Source: Bilabrum cf. latius
Taxonomy: Eukaryota
DNA length: 64,000 nt
NCBI GenBank assembly: GCA_965178125.1
Contig: OZ237764.1
Coordinates: 62,001 to 126,000 of the forward strand
Direction: 5' to 3'
Part shown: piece by piece, positions 1 through 12,933 of the stretch
Numbering within the stretch: the first letter of the stretch is position 1
Layout: every line of letters starts with the position of its first letter
Notes under the pieces: model-generated
Told to the model about the DNA's origin: nothing
Seen by the model: only the letters and a program-made list of their open reading frames with translations
Databases searched by the model: none
Program-made: the position numbers and the translations under genes

Positions 1-3000
1 CACGACAGGCCCCCGCCCCGTGCCGAGGACGCGACACTTGGGCTGCAGCAGGGGCCACAGGGAAGAAGACTAGGCAGTGCAGCCTCGAGCCGCGTGAATC
101 TCCGAACGCCAAAGACAGCTGCCATCACTACGCGACAGCAAGCGGCTGGCGGCACAGCGGGGGCTATTTTGCCGTACGGTCAGCCGCAAGGCGGCGGTGA
201 GCACCCAGATGGGGTCGTGCTGACACCCGCCCAAGAGGCTATTCGACAACGCAACCTGCAGCTGGAGTCCAGGCAATCTGAGCAGCGATCCGATGGTGGC
301 GCCGGCATGCAGTACCACCGTGCTGGGCCAGAATTTGCCGTGGTGCGGTCGGCGGTGCCTATCCCCCGGCACGCGCCCGCCAAGCTTAAGCACCTGCTTG
401 CAGTCCGCGCCGTTGCCCTCACCACCCGCTGGGAGGCTTTTCTCGAGAAACACCGCAGCGAGACATCCAAGACGGACACCAAGGGCCGCAAACTACAAGG
501 AGGCGCTGCTTGGGGCGGTTCCACGGAGGTGCAGGGGATTAATGTGATGGAGCTGTCGGACGTCGACCAGCGGGCGAGAGACCTTCTGGATGAATTAGAC
601 AGGGCAAACGGGTGTGCCAAGCCAACGATGGACTCGGCCGTGCTCTATGGTGTGGAGCAGCGGTACCAGACGATCACCCTTCGTGCAGAGCTCGAGAAGG
701 AGCTCGACCTAGTGCTGCAACGGCAAGTGTTGGAGAGGGAGTAGGTCGAGACGGCACTGCAGCTGGAAATTGCAGACACAAACGCAGCCAAGATCAAGAA
801 GCGGGCTGAGCAGCAGGCCAAGCGGCTCGAGGCAGCCCGCGCAGAGGTCCTAAAGCAGATGAAAGACGAGGACGAGGGCAGGGTCAAGGCAGTGGCTGGC
901 GAGCTGGAGGCCATGAATTCGACGTCTGGTGGACTGCTTTCGGACGACGAGCGCGCCAGGAATGAGGGTATCCAAATTGCCATCGCAAGGGCCAAGGCAG
1001 AACGCGCGAAACTCAGGGGACACGACGCCAGCCTGGCGATGGAGGAGAAGGAGGTGGAGAACAGGGCTAAGGCCGAAGAGCGCGCCATCAAGGAGCAGCT
1101 GGCTCTGGATCTGGCTGGGGTGCGAGGGGGTGCGCAGGAAGACGAGCAGGACCCAATCCAGGAAATCGGGGGGCTGGCCAAGTGGGGTGCCCCCGACAAG
1201 CCGCTTACCCCGCGCCGAGCCAGGGAAATGCGCATTCGCAAGCGGGAGCAGGCAGAGGAGCAGCGGCTGCAGGAGCAGTTGATGGAGGATGGAGACGAGA
1301 TGGACTCCTAGCAGAGAGCCATGGTTAGGGGCAAGTTGAAGACCATCCGAGACCGCAGGCGAGCCCAGGCTTAGACGATGCTGCGCAAACGCAAAGAAGG
1401 AGCGGATGGTGGCGCGGGGGGCAATGGCAGCGAAGGCACGCCGCACGACGACGATGAGGAAGAAGAGTCCAAGCGTGTCGTGCTGCCGCCCTGGCAGTCC
1501 ACTGAGGACGTGGTGGGGCTCAAGGCGCGGCAGGAGGAGCTCGAGCAGGAGCTGCTACGAGTGAGGACGCTGCCCGAGGAGATCGAGGTCGTGGAGACAC
1601 ACGTCCTTCTCTCGGTGCTCCGAGGAGGTCGTGCAAGAGTGACCGTCCAGGATGCAATCATGGAGTTGGCCACCGAGGTGTAGGACGTCCGAAATCGGCT
1701 GCGGCTAGTGGATCTGGACCGGGAGCTTCACGCGGCCTATTCGTCCAAGGAGGCCAGCATCGAGACGACGGCCATGCACGGATACAAACAGACCGCCTGG
1801 AGGCTCGACGCTATCGCTGCACTGGAGCGGGACAGCAACCGCATCGTGGCACGGCAGGTGGCGCTAGGACTGGTGGACGATATTCTCGAGTGGATGCTGG
1901 AGGGCTGGTACTTTGGGGAGAGGGAGTCCGCCGCTGCCGTGTCTGGGTTCGTGCCCTCTCTGCAGAAAGACAGGCCCCTGCGGCCGTACGAGTCTGCCTC
2001 CACAGCAGCGCAGCAGTACAAGATGCAAGGCGCAGCGGCGCAGGCGCAGGCGATGGACGCAGCAAGGGGTCTGGCCCCTGCCATTGGGGACCCCATGGGC
2101 AACGCCAAGGCCGCTGCCACGCTGTAGGACTTGGATCCGTCCGGGCGCATCTTCCCCGTGGCTCGCGCAGGGGATGCGCTAGCCATTGCAAACTCGCTGC
2201 GGGTGCAAGAAGAGCAGGACGGCTTCGAGGGCGGGCGGCCGGATACGTCATGGGCGCGCATCACCACTGCCGAGGCGGGCGACAGGGGCAGGGCGGCCGG
2301 CGCTGGTGGCCCGGGCATGCTCGCTATCGAGGACGGGGATGCCAGCGGCGGTGGGGCGGCGAGGATGGGCTCTGGTAGTACGGCGGGCGGCTAGCTAGTC
2401 CCTGCAGGAGGCAGCGGGGCCAACGCAGGGGCCATGGTGCCCTATGGTTCGCGATCCGGGGGCAGAGGTGGCAGCAGGGGTCAGCTGGTCGGCCGCGTAA
2501 CATCAATGCCGGGCGGGGATGGGCGGGCCCCTCTCAGGTTCCGGTGGGGCGTCCTGCAGGCGACGGTGGACGCCCGTGATTCCCTCCGGCGGGCCATCTC
2601 GAAGCGACAGGAGGTCGATATCACCATGCGCAGAGCGGAGCGAACGCTCAAGTTCGCCATGTTCCTCTACTCCCTCGTGTACTTCCGCGCCATGACGCAG
2701 CTGCGGAAGCAGAAGGACGTGTGGTCTGGGGCCAAAGACGCCGCGCTTGTGGCTGGCGCCCGCCGCACTGTGAAGGTCACCGCGGAGCGACGGCGCATGG
2801 ACGAGGTGGACAAGGCCAGGCAGCTGAGGGAGGACCGGCTGCAGAAATTCGAGCAGCTCGCGGCGCGGGGGTTTGCAGCCCGCGCCCAGCGAGCCACCTA
2901 GGAGCGCAAAGAGGCCGCTGCCAAGCGTACCAAGCAGCAAAAGCTGCGGCGAGCGCGCATCGAGGCGGCAAAGTCTCTGCAGAGGGCCTTCCGCGGGTAC

Positions 3001-3711
3001 CGGGCGCGGGGCCTGGCCTTTGTGCTGGCGCGCAAGAGGAGGCAGGAGGTTGCCGAGAAGGCGCGCCTGCGGGCTGCAGCCACAGCGATTCAGGCAGTGT
3101 TCCGGTCTCATTTGGCGCAGAAGGTGCTCGTAGAGAGGAGGAGAGAGCTGACCGCATTCGTGCGGCTGCTGAGGAGGCAGGAGCAGCAGGAGATGGAGGA
3201 GGAATACTACCGGAACAACCCTCTGGAGAGGTTCAAGAGGGACGTGACAGATTTTTTCAAAACTCGAGGAGAGGCCAAGGCGAAGGCAGACCAGCAGGCA
3301 GCTCGACCCCTGCGGGTGGAAGGCGACGAGAGGCGAGACGAGGAGGAGCTGGGAGAAGGGGACCCAGTGGCTCAGGATGGAGGTGCTCCCTTGGACGTAA
3401 AGGCCCTTGGAAACGATTCCAAGTACTTTGCGTTGCGGAGGCAGTACTCGCCCGTGGTGATCGGGAAAGGCCCTGTGAACACACAGTACCGGGCGGGGGG
3501 CGCCTACAGGGATGTAGCGGAGCGGCTAATGGACATGATGACCCGCAGCAAGGCTCAGGCCAAACAGAAGGGTGCCGCAGATATGGCGGCCTTGGCACGC
3601 AGCCAGGCCGGTCTTGGCGATCCGGATGACTCGGACAGTGACGGAGGGGCAGGCCCCGACTTGGGAAAGGGAACCGGCGCGGGAGGAGCTGCAGCGGGGG
3701 GCGGGTATTGA
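1..3711 (+). CDS. Coiled-coil, IQ-motif protein (5' partial), read with TAG=Gln
   Basis: ORF pieces 94-744, 859-1311, 1378-1683, 1708-2127, 2131-2394, 2434-2901 and 3022-3711 share one frame. They are separated only by TAG (742, 1309, 1372, 1681, 2125, 2392, 2899). The frame is open from position 1 and ends at TGA 3709-3711. IQ-like motifs are AAKSLQRAFRGYRAR and AATAIQAVFRSHLAQ. Confidence 0.8.
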
Positions 3712-4054
3712 TCTAGGGACCAGGAATCAGGATACAAGTTGGAATTTACGCTATTTGGAATCGTCCGATCCGGACAGTTTAAGTCTATAAGAATCCAAGG
3801 ATCAATGCAACACGAGCTCGATAAGCAATCCCCACGCAGACTGAAGCCAGCGTCTCCTGCTCACAGCACCCTACATCCCTCCGGGTCGTAGGAGCAGTGG
3901 CCAGCACACCCCGCCGCATCCGTCCGCGCGAAGGACATGAGGCAGCGGCAGGCCAGCTCCAGCAAGTAGCACCAGAAATATAAGGCAGCGCGTTGCACCC
4001 AAATACACCAAGGTCCAAGTGTTCTGCCTGTCCTCTATTCCGTCAATAGCTCGA

Positions 4055-5304
4055 TCACGTGGGGCCCAGCGCATCCGCTCCTGTCCCAGTCCCAGCCCCG
4101 CTCCCTAGGATCGACGAGAGACCGAGCACATTCCCGCTCTGGAATGCTGAGAAGGGGTCCTCCCGACCCGACCCCCCTTCATCCCCAGCCCCCGCCCCGC
4201 CGCTGGTTCGTCTCTCCGCGCTCATGCTCTTGGCATGCTACCCTTGTCTGGACCACGCCTGGGAGACAGGTGACATGGCGGCTGGGTCTGCACTGGGCTC
4301 GCCAGTCACCAGGGGCGGCGGGGAAACCATCCCACCTACCCCCAGCCCGGCACCTCCGTCAGCAGGTTGCAGCACAGATGGCCCGTGCGTCGGAGACAGC
4401 GTGAGTCCCCTGGACACGATGCTCCGCTCGAAGGACAGCTCCTGACGGGCTGCAGCCAAGCCCATCGGTAGTAGAGGCTCGTGGCCAGCAAGACCAGCAG
4501 CACCTGGACCTGCCCTCTGTCCAGCAAGGGCCCCACGCACGGCCGAGTCGGCGTAGTCCCTGCTGCTGTGCGCCCTGCTGCGGTCTAGCCCACGAGGGCG
4601 GCCGTCTGGATGGGGCTCCGGGCCGTGCTGATGGAAAGTGCCGGGCACAGATGGGTGCTTGCTTGCTGCTTCCCATCCACTACCACCCCGCGCAGCAGCA
4701 GCTGCAGCTGCAACTGCCGCGGCTGCTGGTAGTCCCCCCGTTGCTTGGGAAAGCCCCTCGGATGCCCCCGAGAAGATCATCTGCTGATGCCCAGCGCCGT
4801 ACTGCTGCGTGTGCCGCTGCAGCTGATGTGGCTGCGCGCCATGTGCAGGTGGAGGACCGAGGGGCATGGGTGCAGTGCCGTGCACCCAGGCAGATGCGGG
4901 CATGCCGACCCCAAGTTGCGCCGCGGGGCCCGTTTGGGAGCCCGCACCACCGTGAGTGTGCGGGTCGAAGGGGCGCGCCGAGGGATCCAGCGAGAGAGCA
5001 CCACCGCTAATGCGCTACTGCTAGCCCCACCGCTCTGCCTCTGCATGCGCGTGCGAGCTACCCCCAAGGTGAGGCAGACCCTCCGAGCTAGGGTGCTTGT
5101 GAGCGGCTCCCAGTCCGCGCCTCAAGTCGCCTTGCATGGTGACGTGGCCGTGCAACTGCATCGCCTGCTGCTGAGTCAAGCTGCCTGGCACGCCAGCGAA
5201 GCCTCGAGACGATCCAACTACTGGCACCGCCATGTACTGCACCCGGACTCCATGCCCACCGCTCTCCGTACTACTGGGCTGCGGTGCGGGGTGGACAGCG
5301 TGCA

Positions 5305-5342
<38 letters not shown>

Positions 5343-5408
5343 GACGCTCGGCTACCGCCTTGCTTACCCTGTCCGGGACTGCGGTGCTGTTGCTGGTGTC
5401 TCTAATTC

Positions 5409-5441
<33 letters not shown>

Positions 5442-8400
5442 GCAGCTTTTCTTGCTCTACGAGATCTCTTCTTCTTACCAGGCGTGTGCTCCTTGCCCTA
5501 GCCGTGTCCCTGTCCCCGTCCACTCTGCCTCTCTCCCCCATGCTTGCCCCCGACAGATCCATGGGCATGGCCCCCGCCGTGCTCTTTCCCGCTCTTGCCC
5601 CCTGGCACTCGGTGCCCACCCAGCCCTCGCAGCACCTTGCCTTGGGCAATGAGCTCCTGGCCCTCCTCTGTCACCAAGTCTCGGCAATACACGTGGGGGT
5701 TGAACTGATGGTCCCTGCCGAGTACGAACGCGTCAGGGTAGTGCTCCAGGAATCGCTTCAGGCCCCCGAATCGCTCCTTGAGCAAGGCAGGCAGGCCGTC
5801 GTGAGGCACCGCCTCCTGCAGATGCTTGCCCACCTCACCCACCGGAAGCGATCCATGCTCTAGCAGCACCTCCCGTGCCAGGCTAATGAGCGCCCCAGAG
5901 GTCACGTCAGCGTCCAGTACCATGCAGCAGTAGTCAAGCTAGTCCTCCACCTCCTGCGGATCACTCGCAAAGAAAGAGCTCCACAGCCCACCCAAAGTGC
6001 CGCGCCTGTAGAGCACGCGCACTGCATACAGAGCTGCCAGCTACAAAGCAGGGGCGCTGGGCCGGGACCCCCCGGGCCCAGGGGGCACATACACGATTCC
6101 GCACTGAATTCGGCCTGTTGGCTGGTTGGCGGGCGGTACTCGCCTGCTGGTTAGTGCAGGTGTCGAGGAGCGGGACAAAGTGGATTGCAGCTCCTTCAGT
6201 AGCAGCCCCCCTGCGGTGACTCGCAACTAGGAGCCCACGCGGTCGAGGGCTGTGCCTTGGGGCGTATGAGAGGCGTCCGACGACTGCCCTGCGGAGATAG
6301 TCTGAATACTAGGAGCTCCTGCACGGGCGCACGAGCAGTGGCCAGTCACACAGCAAGCCATCACCAGCGTGTCATCGCAGCCGCACTGACATCTGCACGC
6401 AGAGTATCCGTGCTCCTTGTAGCACCCGCTACCGTCTAGCCCGCACTTCCCCTTGTCCATGTCTTCGTCAATCTTGCCGCACTTGGAGCACACGCCGTCC
6501 GTGTCCGTGCGGCTCAAGCAGCAGCTCTCTATCTCGCAGCACATGTCGAATCCAAGCACGAGCCTCCTCTACTCCTGCGATTGCACAGCAGCTGAGCACG
6601 CAGACGCAGCCAGGCAGGAGTTGAGCGCAGCCTGGGCCTGCTCCTGACGTATGCCGCACTGCTCGCAACAGGCCTTGCGGGAGGACGCATCGTCTGTGCT
6701 GATCAATGTTTCATCGTCCTCGCTGCCAGAGTCGTGCCCCGCACCACGCCCAGCCGCGCGATGCTTTCCGCTGCCGTGCCGCATGGGAGACACGTCCTCT
6801 CCGGGGAGTGGAGGGGCGCATCCAGGACAGCATGGCCCCGCGTGTGTGGTCTAGCGGTTGTTTGCATCACAGCAGCGCGCCTGGCAGCTCACGCAGGCCC
6901 CGCTCGACATCATCCTGGTGAGGTCGTCAAAGTCGCCCAGGTGCTCTGGTCCTGCCCCCGCTGCCTCCCACATGGGCTCAAAGGCGACACACAGCTCCTT
7001 GGCAGCGACAGCTGCTGCCGACTTCGCCTCCGGTGCCAGCATGGATGTGAGCAGGAGTGCCTTGGCCGCCATGGCAGGCTCGCTGGAGGACTACCGACTG
7101 CGGCTGCGACTCCTTGCCCGCTTCTTGTCGCTCTGACGATCTCCCGCATTTCCGCCTGAAGCGGCCCGCTCCGCATAAGGGTAGGCATCCGCTGCTGTAG
7201 ATGCTTCGCTGGGTGGACTTGGTCCGCTGGGGCTGCTGCTGCCTGCGATCGCCCCGGCATGCGCGTCAATCACCGAAGCAACCTCAGCCGCCGTTGCCCG
7301 CAGCACGATGGGGCAAATGACAGCACAGCTCTGCTAGAAGGCGCGCCTGATCCTCCTCGCATCCCTGGCTCTGATCCCCTCGCATAGGTTACGGCCGGGG
7401 AGCAGCGGGTCCTCCACAACCAGCCGGTGACCAGCAGGCGCTTGCAGCGGGGGCGGCACTCTGACCCCTGTGCGGAACTACTCCGAGCCAGGCGGACCAG
7501 CCCGTTTCTGGCACCGGAGCCGGGTCTGCAGCAGCCAAGGGGCGTCAATCAGAGCGTGCAGCGCCGGCTGCTTGGCTCGCACATGCGCTGGCCAGCCAGC
7601 TGCAGGCGGTGGCCGCTGTCTCCTAGACCTGGAGCTGCGGGAGCCTTTGCCGCTTGGGGATCCCACGCCGCTGTTGCTGCTGGACACCCGGTTCGCCCGC
7701 TGTACGCTGCTGGCACTCTCTGTCCTGGCGTGGGACCGCTGCTCTGGCGAAGCCTCGGCTCCGCCTAGCCTTCCCGCCGAAGCCGCGCTCGCTCCCGACA
7801 GAAGCCGAGGGAGGCCGCCTGACGATGAAGACACGGGCCGCTCGAGTTTATGCGCGGCCCCACCACCCGGCTGCTCCCCAGAGGATTGCATCGTGCTGGC
7901 TAGATGGATCGAGTCCGGCGCTGCCGAAGAGCTGCTCCTAGACTGGTGTTTCCGCTCGAGTGCCGCGGCAGAGGCAGAGTACACCTCGTCGGACACCCGG
8001 AGCCCCTGCGCCGCCACGGAAGTCCCCCCGTAGACGTGATCAATGGGCACCGCACCTTCGATGGAAACCGCCTGCTCGTCCCAGCGCAGTTGCGTGCAGT
8101 CGAACAGCAGCCAGGCCAAGGCCTGCAGCGGTTGCGCGATGACGGTCCTCCGACGGGCAAACACCCACATGAGCAATGCTACGAACACGCGCAGATCTAG
8201 CTGTCGGAACGCATCCCCGGCTCCCCTCGTCAGAGCAGGCGCCATGTGGGCAGCCCACGTGCGCACCAGGATGAGCGACCGCAGGAACAAGTGGGTTCTC
8301 TTGAGCGACTGGTCCACCCGCAGGATGGCCGCCACGGTTGCCAGCGAGGCCAAGTCGTCCGCCACCACGCGCACCCTGACTCCGTCAAGTAAGGTTTCGA

Positions 8401-11400
8401 TGCTGTCGCTGCGCTCATGGTCTCCACGCCGGATGGCAACGTGCCCTACTTGGCACAAAGGCAAAGAACCGGATGCACGAGCCACTGCCGCCGCTGGGGG
8501 GGGCGGTGCAGCTGTTTCCGGCTTGTGCGCGGAGTGCGAGGACGAGCGGCGCGCACGTGTTCCCGTATCGGGTGTGTCTCCAGGAGACTTGTGGGGGTAT
8601 GGGGAGGGCCCCGCGGAGCCATCCCCTCCGCTCGTCGCGCTGTTGAAGGAGGCCCGCAGCACAAAGCGGCCAGTCTGGCCGTGCGCGCCCAGTGCATGAC
8701 CAGCGATCGCCCTGGCGGCAGACGACTGGCCTGCAGCGGTGTTGCCCTTTCCTGGGGGCGTCAACGGACTTCCAGCCTTACCCCCCTATCCTCCACGTCC
8801 ATCCCCGCCCATACCCGTGGCTTGCGCCACCGAGTCAGCGAGGTCTGTGAAGCTGCCCTGCTCCCGGCTGGTAAAAGAGCCCACCGCTGAGCTCACAAAG
8901 CTGCCACCGCGCGTGTGCTGCCTCGGCCTAGCCCCTTCGTCGCCGTCAGGCCCCGCTGTGGACCGCCGCACCCTGCGCTCGACACCGGCTCCATCCACCG
9001 ATTTACCATGCGCCATGGATCCCCGTCCATTGCGCTGCGCTGCAGAGCCTTCGATAGCTCTGGCCGCTTCTGCCGCAGCCAGCCGCACCGCCGCATCCTC
9101 TTCATCTTGTTGAGGACCCCCATCATCCTCAACTACAGCGTCCTTGCCGTCGCGCGCAGAGCCTGCCGGGTGTCTTCCCTGCATCCACAAAGTTCGCTGC
9201 TCCCTGTCCATCGAGTCCACCGCTGCGATGGCCTCCTCCACAGCGGCTCCGAGCGTGTGCTGCGAGGCCAGTTTGGTCCTCTCCGTGCTCAGCACCACTG
9301 AGCCAGTAGACTCCCAGCCTGGACCCCCGATACGACCCCTTCGTTCTGAGGACGTCACGGAGCGCACAGAGCTGTGCTCAGACACGGCTGCTGCCACGAT
9401 GGCTCGCTGCATGTCGGCCGGTTGCATGTGCATCAGCGAGCTCGGCCCCGCCGAGCCCGAGCCTGACTGTCCGGGGGATCCGCTGCGGCTCGAACCAAGT
9501 AGCCCAGTCCCAGACGGCACCCCCGGGAGCGCCAGCATCTGATTCAAGCTGCGGCCACGGTCTGCCGGCGATAGCTTGGACCTGGCTCGGACCATTGGTT
9601 GGGCCGTCTCCCCTGATTTTTTCCCGCTGGTGGCGGGCGACGAGTGCAGGAGTGCGTCGCTGCTTGCACTCCTCAAGTCAGGCTGCATGCGCACGGGAGC
9701 TGGTCGAGAGCTCGGGGAGGTCTGGTCTCCTGTCCCCTGCCTTGGCTTTCGCTGTGACTTGGGGTCAACGAGTGCACCCGAGTTGGACCTGCTGGGACGG
9801 CTGCCAGACTCGCTGCTGCGATCCGGATCCAGGTGAGACTCGCCGGCCTCAGAGCCTGCCCGGCCTCGATCTTGCCCCGTCGGCCTGCTGCCTCCTTCCT
9901 GCGGCCACCCGCCGATTCGGGCAGCCGACACCTCCACCTCAGGTAGCGCCAGCAGTGCCTCTGACGCACCCAGCACCCATTTGACTTCGCGGTCGGGCGA
10001 CATGAACAGACTCAAAAGCACGCGATCGCCCGCCATCCCCGCCCCGGCAGGCACGGGCCCAAGCGGGAACACCCGCCCGCCGGCCACCTTGCTGGTCAGC
10101 GCCGCCAACATCGCGGACACCCGCCGCATGAGCTCTCGCTCCGCGTCCCCCGGCACAAGCGACAGCAAGAGGGCGTCAGTCACGTCATCGACTGCTGCAC
10201 GCGAGGGAACAACCTGCTGGGCCCGTGCCTGCAGTCCCTTGGGCAAAGTGGCGCCCTCCTGCAGGCCCTCGGCGGCTTGCACCCGCGCGCACGCTCGGAG
10301 GGTGGCGGACAGTGCGGCCATGTTGCTCTCAAAGTGCTGCGGGGCCAGCAGGGGGGCCTGTTGCGCTGCCTATTCCGCAGAGACTTGCAGAGCACTAATC
10401 AGCGGTGCACCCCCGGCCGGGGCATGAGGGTCGGCGACCTAAAGCTCGTGCTTTCCCACGCTGACGTGGCCCATGCCACGGGGGGGCAGGGTGCCCGGCA
10501 GTCCCCGGGGCAGGGATGTGATCGAGTCTCGTTGCCCGCCCTGCTAGCCCAATGGTTGAGCGCCAGACGCGCCTGCCGAGTGGCCGGTCCCCGCCTCGCT
10601 GACCACACTGTCCACCTAGCTCGCCGCCGCGCTGGCCCTGGATCCCCTCCTCCACTTGGCCTCGCCACCTGCAGACAGAAGACTGCCGCTGGCCCCCGGA
10701 GAGCCCATTTGCACTTGCTCTGGTCGGGGCTGCGAGGGCGAGCTGTATTCCCTGGATCTGGACAATGAAGATGCAGATGCAAGCGCTGCTACACCCGCGG
10801 GGTCCTCGCCGGAGGAGACCCATTGCTTGGGGGGCGGGAGCTGGAGGCTGGAGGGCCTGCTTGAGGCCTCCCCGCCGTACACGCCTTCGCCTGCATCGCC
10901 ACTTCCAAATGTGCGACCCTGCGGCACGGCCAGCGGGGCGGCACCCGGTCCTACTCTAGATAAATCCGTCTGCGCCCTAAGCGGAGGCGATTTCTAAGCA
11001 GGCTCAGGCAGTGGCGGCCTCACTCCAAACCTAGACATGATGCCGGCTAGCTGCTCGTTGCCACCAGGCACCTGCAGAAGGGCCTATTGCAGTGCAGATA
11101 TCATGGCAGCCTGATCGGCGCTCCCATTCGTTGCCTGGGCGAGTGGGGCGCCGAAATCATCGCTGGATTCGGCCGCCCGCGTCGCGCTCGAATGCAGCAT
11201 CGGGACATGTCCAGCAGGTCCAGATGAGCTAGAAGCGGGCGCGGTGCTAGCCGGTAGCTATCCTCCATTGTTGTGCTGGTGCTCGCGTTTCGCTGTCTGG
11301 GCCGCGGCTCGGGGTGGGCTGGAGAAATCCTGCGATTGGAGAGGCGAGAATCGAGTCACGGGTTCAGAGTGCAAAGGCTTCGCGATACAAACAGAACGAA

Positions 11401-12783
11401 GGTGTTGAGTGGCGCGCAGCCACGGCAATGGGATGGATGGACCTCACTAGCAGTCGATCCAGCAGCGGAAGCTGCGAGCTCGCCGTTCTCGTGCCACTGT
11501 CCAGGAACCGCCGGAGTGCTCGCGTGGCTCTCGCAATGGGGATACGCGCGGCAGCCCGCAGGAATGCTTCCAGCCTGCCCTTTCTCTCGTCGATCAGGTC
11601 TCGGCTCAGGCTGCTGAACACGGTTTTGGGCGGCAGTTCCAGTGCCCGCATGGCCTCCAGCTGGGCCTGCCGCTCCACATGGTGCGGGGAGGCGACCCTA
11701 CTGTCGGACACAGAGTCAGCGGCAGCGGCAGAGGCAGACGATGCCCTGCTGCTAGAGCCGCGGGGGGCGCCTCCTTTCCTTTCGGCACCTGTGCCTGCCC
11801 GTGCCCCTGCGCTTGCACTCCCCTGGCTCCCCGCACTCCCCTGGCTCGAAGCACGCGTCGGACCTCCGAACGGGGCACCCCCCACGGACACCAGCCCCGC
11901 GGGAGAAGCCGCCGTGGGTGCCAGCGCGGGGGAAGCCGCTGCAGCGCGACCCACACCCTGATCCACCTCGCTGGCAACCCTGTCGATGTCATCTGCCGCG
12001 GCCCTGAGATCCGAGTGCAGAGAGACGAACTGCTTGAAGCGGCGGAGCACGCGCCACTCGAGGGGGCGGCGGCGGCTCTGGGGCCGGTGGGGGTCCTTGG
12101 ACCTGCGCTGGCTGGGATCTAGGTCCTGTCGCTCGCCCACGCGTACTCGGACTTCGTACTGCGTGAAGGCACCGCCCGCGTCCTGGCTCGTCCTCGTCCC
12201 AACCACCGAGACGTCGAGCGCAGGGTCTGCGAAGGCCGTGTCGGCTTTACCACGCGGATCTCGTTCTGCGATCGTAGGGGACAGACGAAACTTAGGCAGC
12301 AATCATGGTGGGCCAGCAAAGGCACTGTTAGTTGAGATGATTTGGGTACACAAAAATCAGCACTTGAGCGCTACCGTGGCAAGGCTCACTTGATTCGGTA
12401 GACGACATCGCATCTGCCGCTTCGCTATAGCTTGGAGCAGTCACAGGCTGGCCTACCAACACTGTTTCGGGGCCAAATCCCTCTGAGCCTCTTTTGGGAG
12501 ACCTAGGAGCGGCCGGCGAATCCTGTTCTGGATGACCAGATCTCGACCGAGCGCTATCTCTTCGTCTTCCAGGCCCCACATATTCTTGATCCTTCGACAA
12601 TCTACGATTTGTACCATATACATCTGGCGTTGGCACGTGATCGGTCCCACTCTGTGATGAGACAGCGCGCCACGACCTTTGCATCATGCCGTGCTACTGA
12701 CGCTGCGCTGCCCCACCTCTCCGGAAGCTACTTCCTGGCGCATCGCCCGACAGCTTGGGGGATATCCCTTGCCTACGATCCAT
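4055..12783 (-). CDS. ~2,800-aa protein: PX domain, degenerate Pol-beta-type nucleotidyltransferase (PAP/OAS1 substrate-binding-like), Cys-rich insert, OST-HTH/LOTUS-like domain, poly-Q and PAM2-like motif
   Basis: ATG at 12783. Introns 12266-12389 (phase 1) and 11330-11447 (phase 0) preserve frame. One frame then runs, broken only by TAG, to TGA at 4055-4057. PX motifs: TQYEVRV, WRVLRRFKQFVSLHSDL, LPPK, IDERKGRLEAFL. NTase-family motifs: HLFLRSLILVRTW, QPLQAL..LRWDEQAVSIEGAVPI, VEDPLLPGRNL. wHTH: GSLPVGEVGKHL..LKERFGGLKRFLEHYPDAF. Additional small introns cannot be excluded. Confidence 0.75.
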
Positions 12784-12933
12784 AAGGACTGCACCCAGAG
12801 ATTCAAACTATCTGGGTTGTCCACCAACAGAGTGGGAATAATTCGAAGCAAATCAAAATGTAGCGAGCCAATTCGCTGGCAGAAATATCATATCCGCCCA
12901 ATCCATCGAGCTTGCAGAAAGACTCTGGATAGC

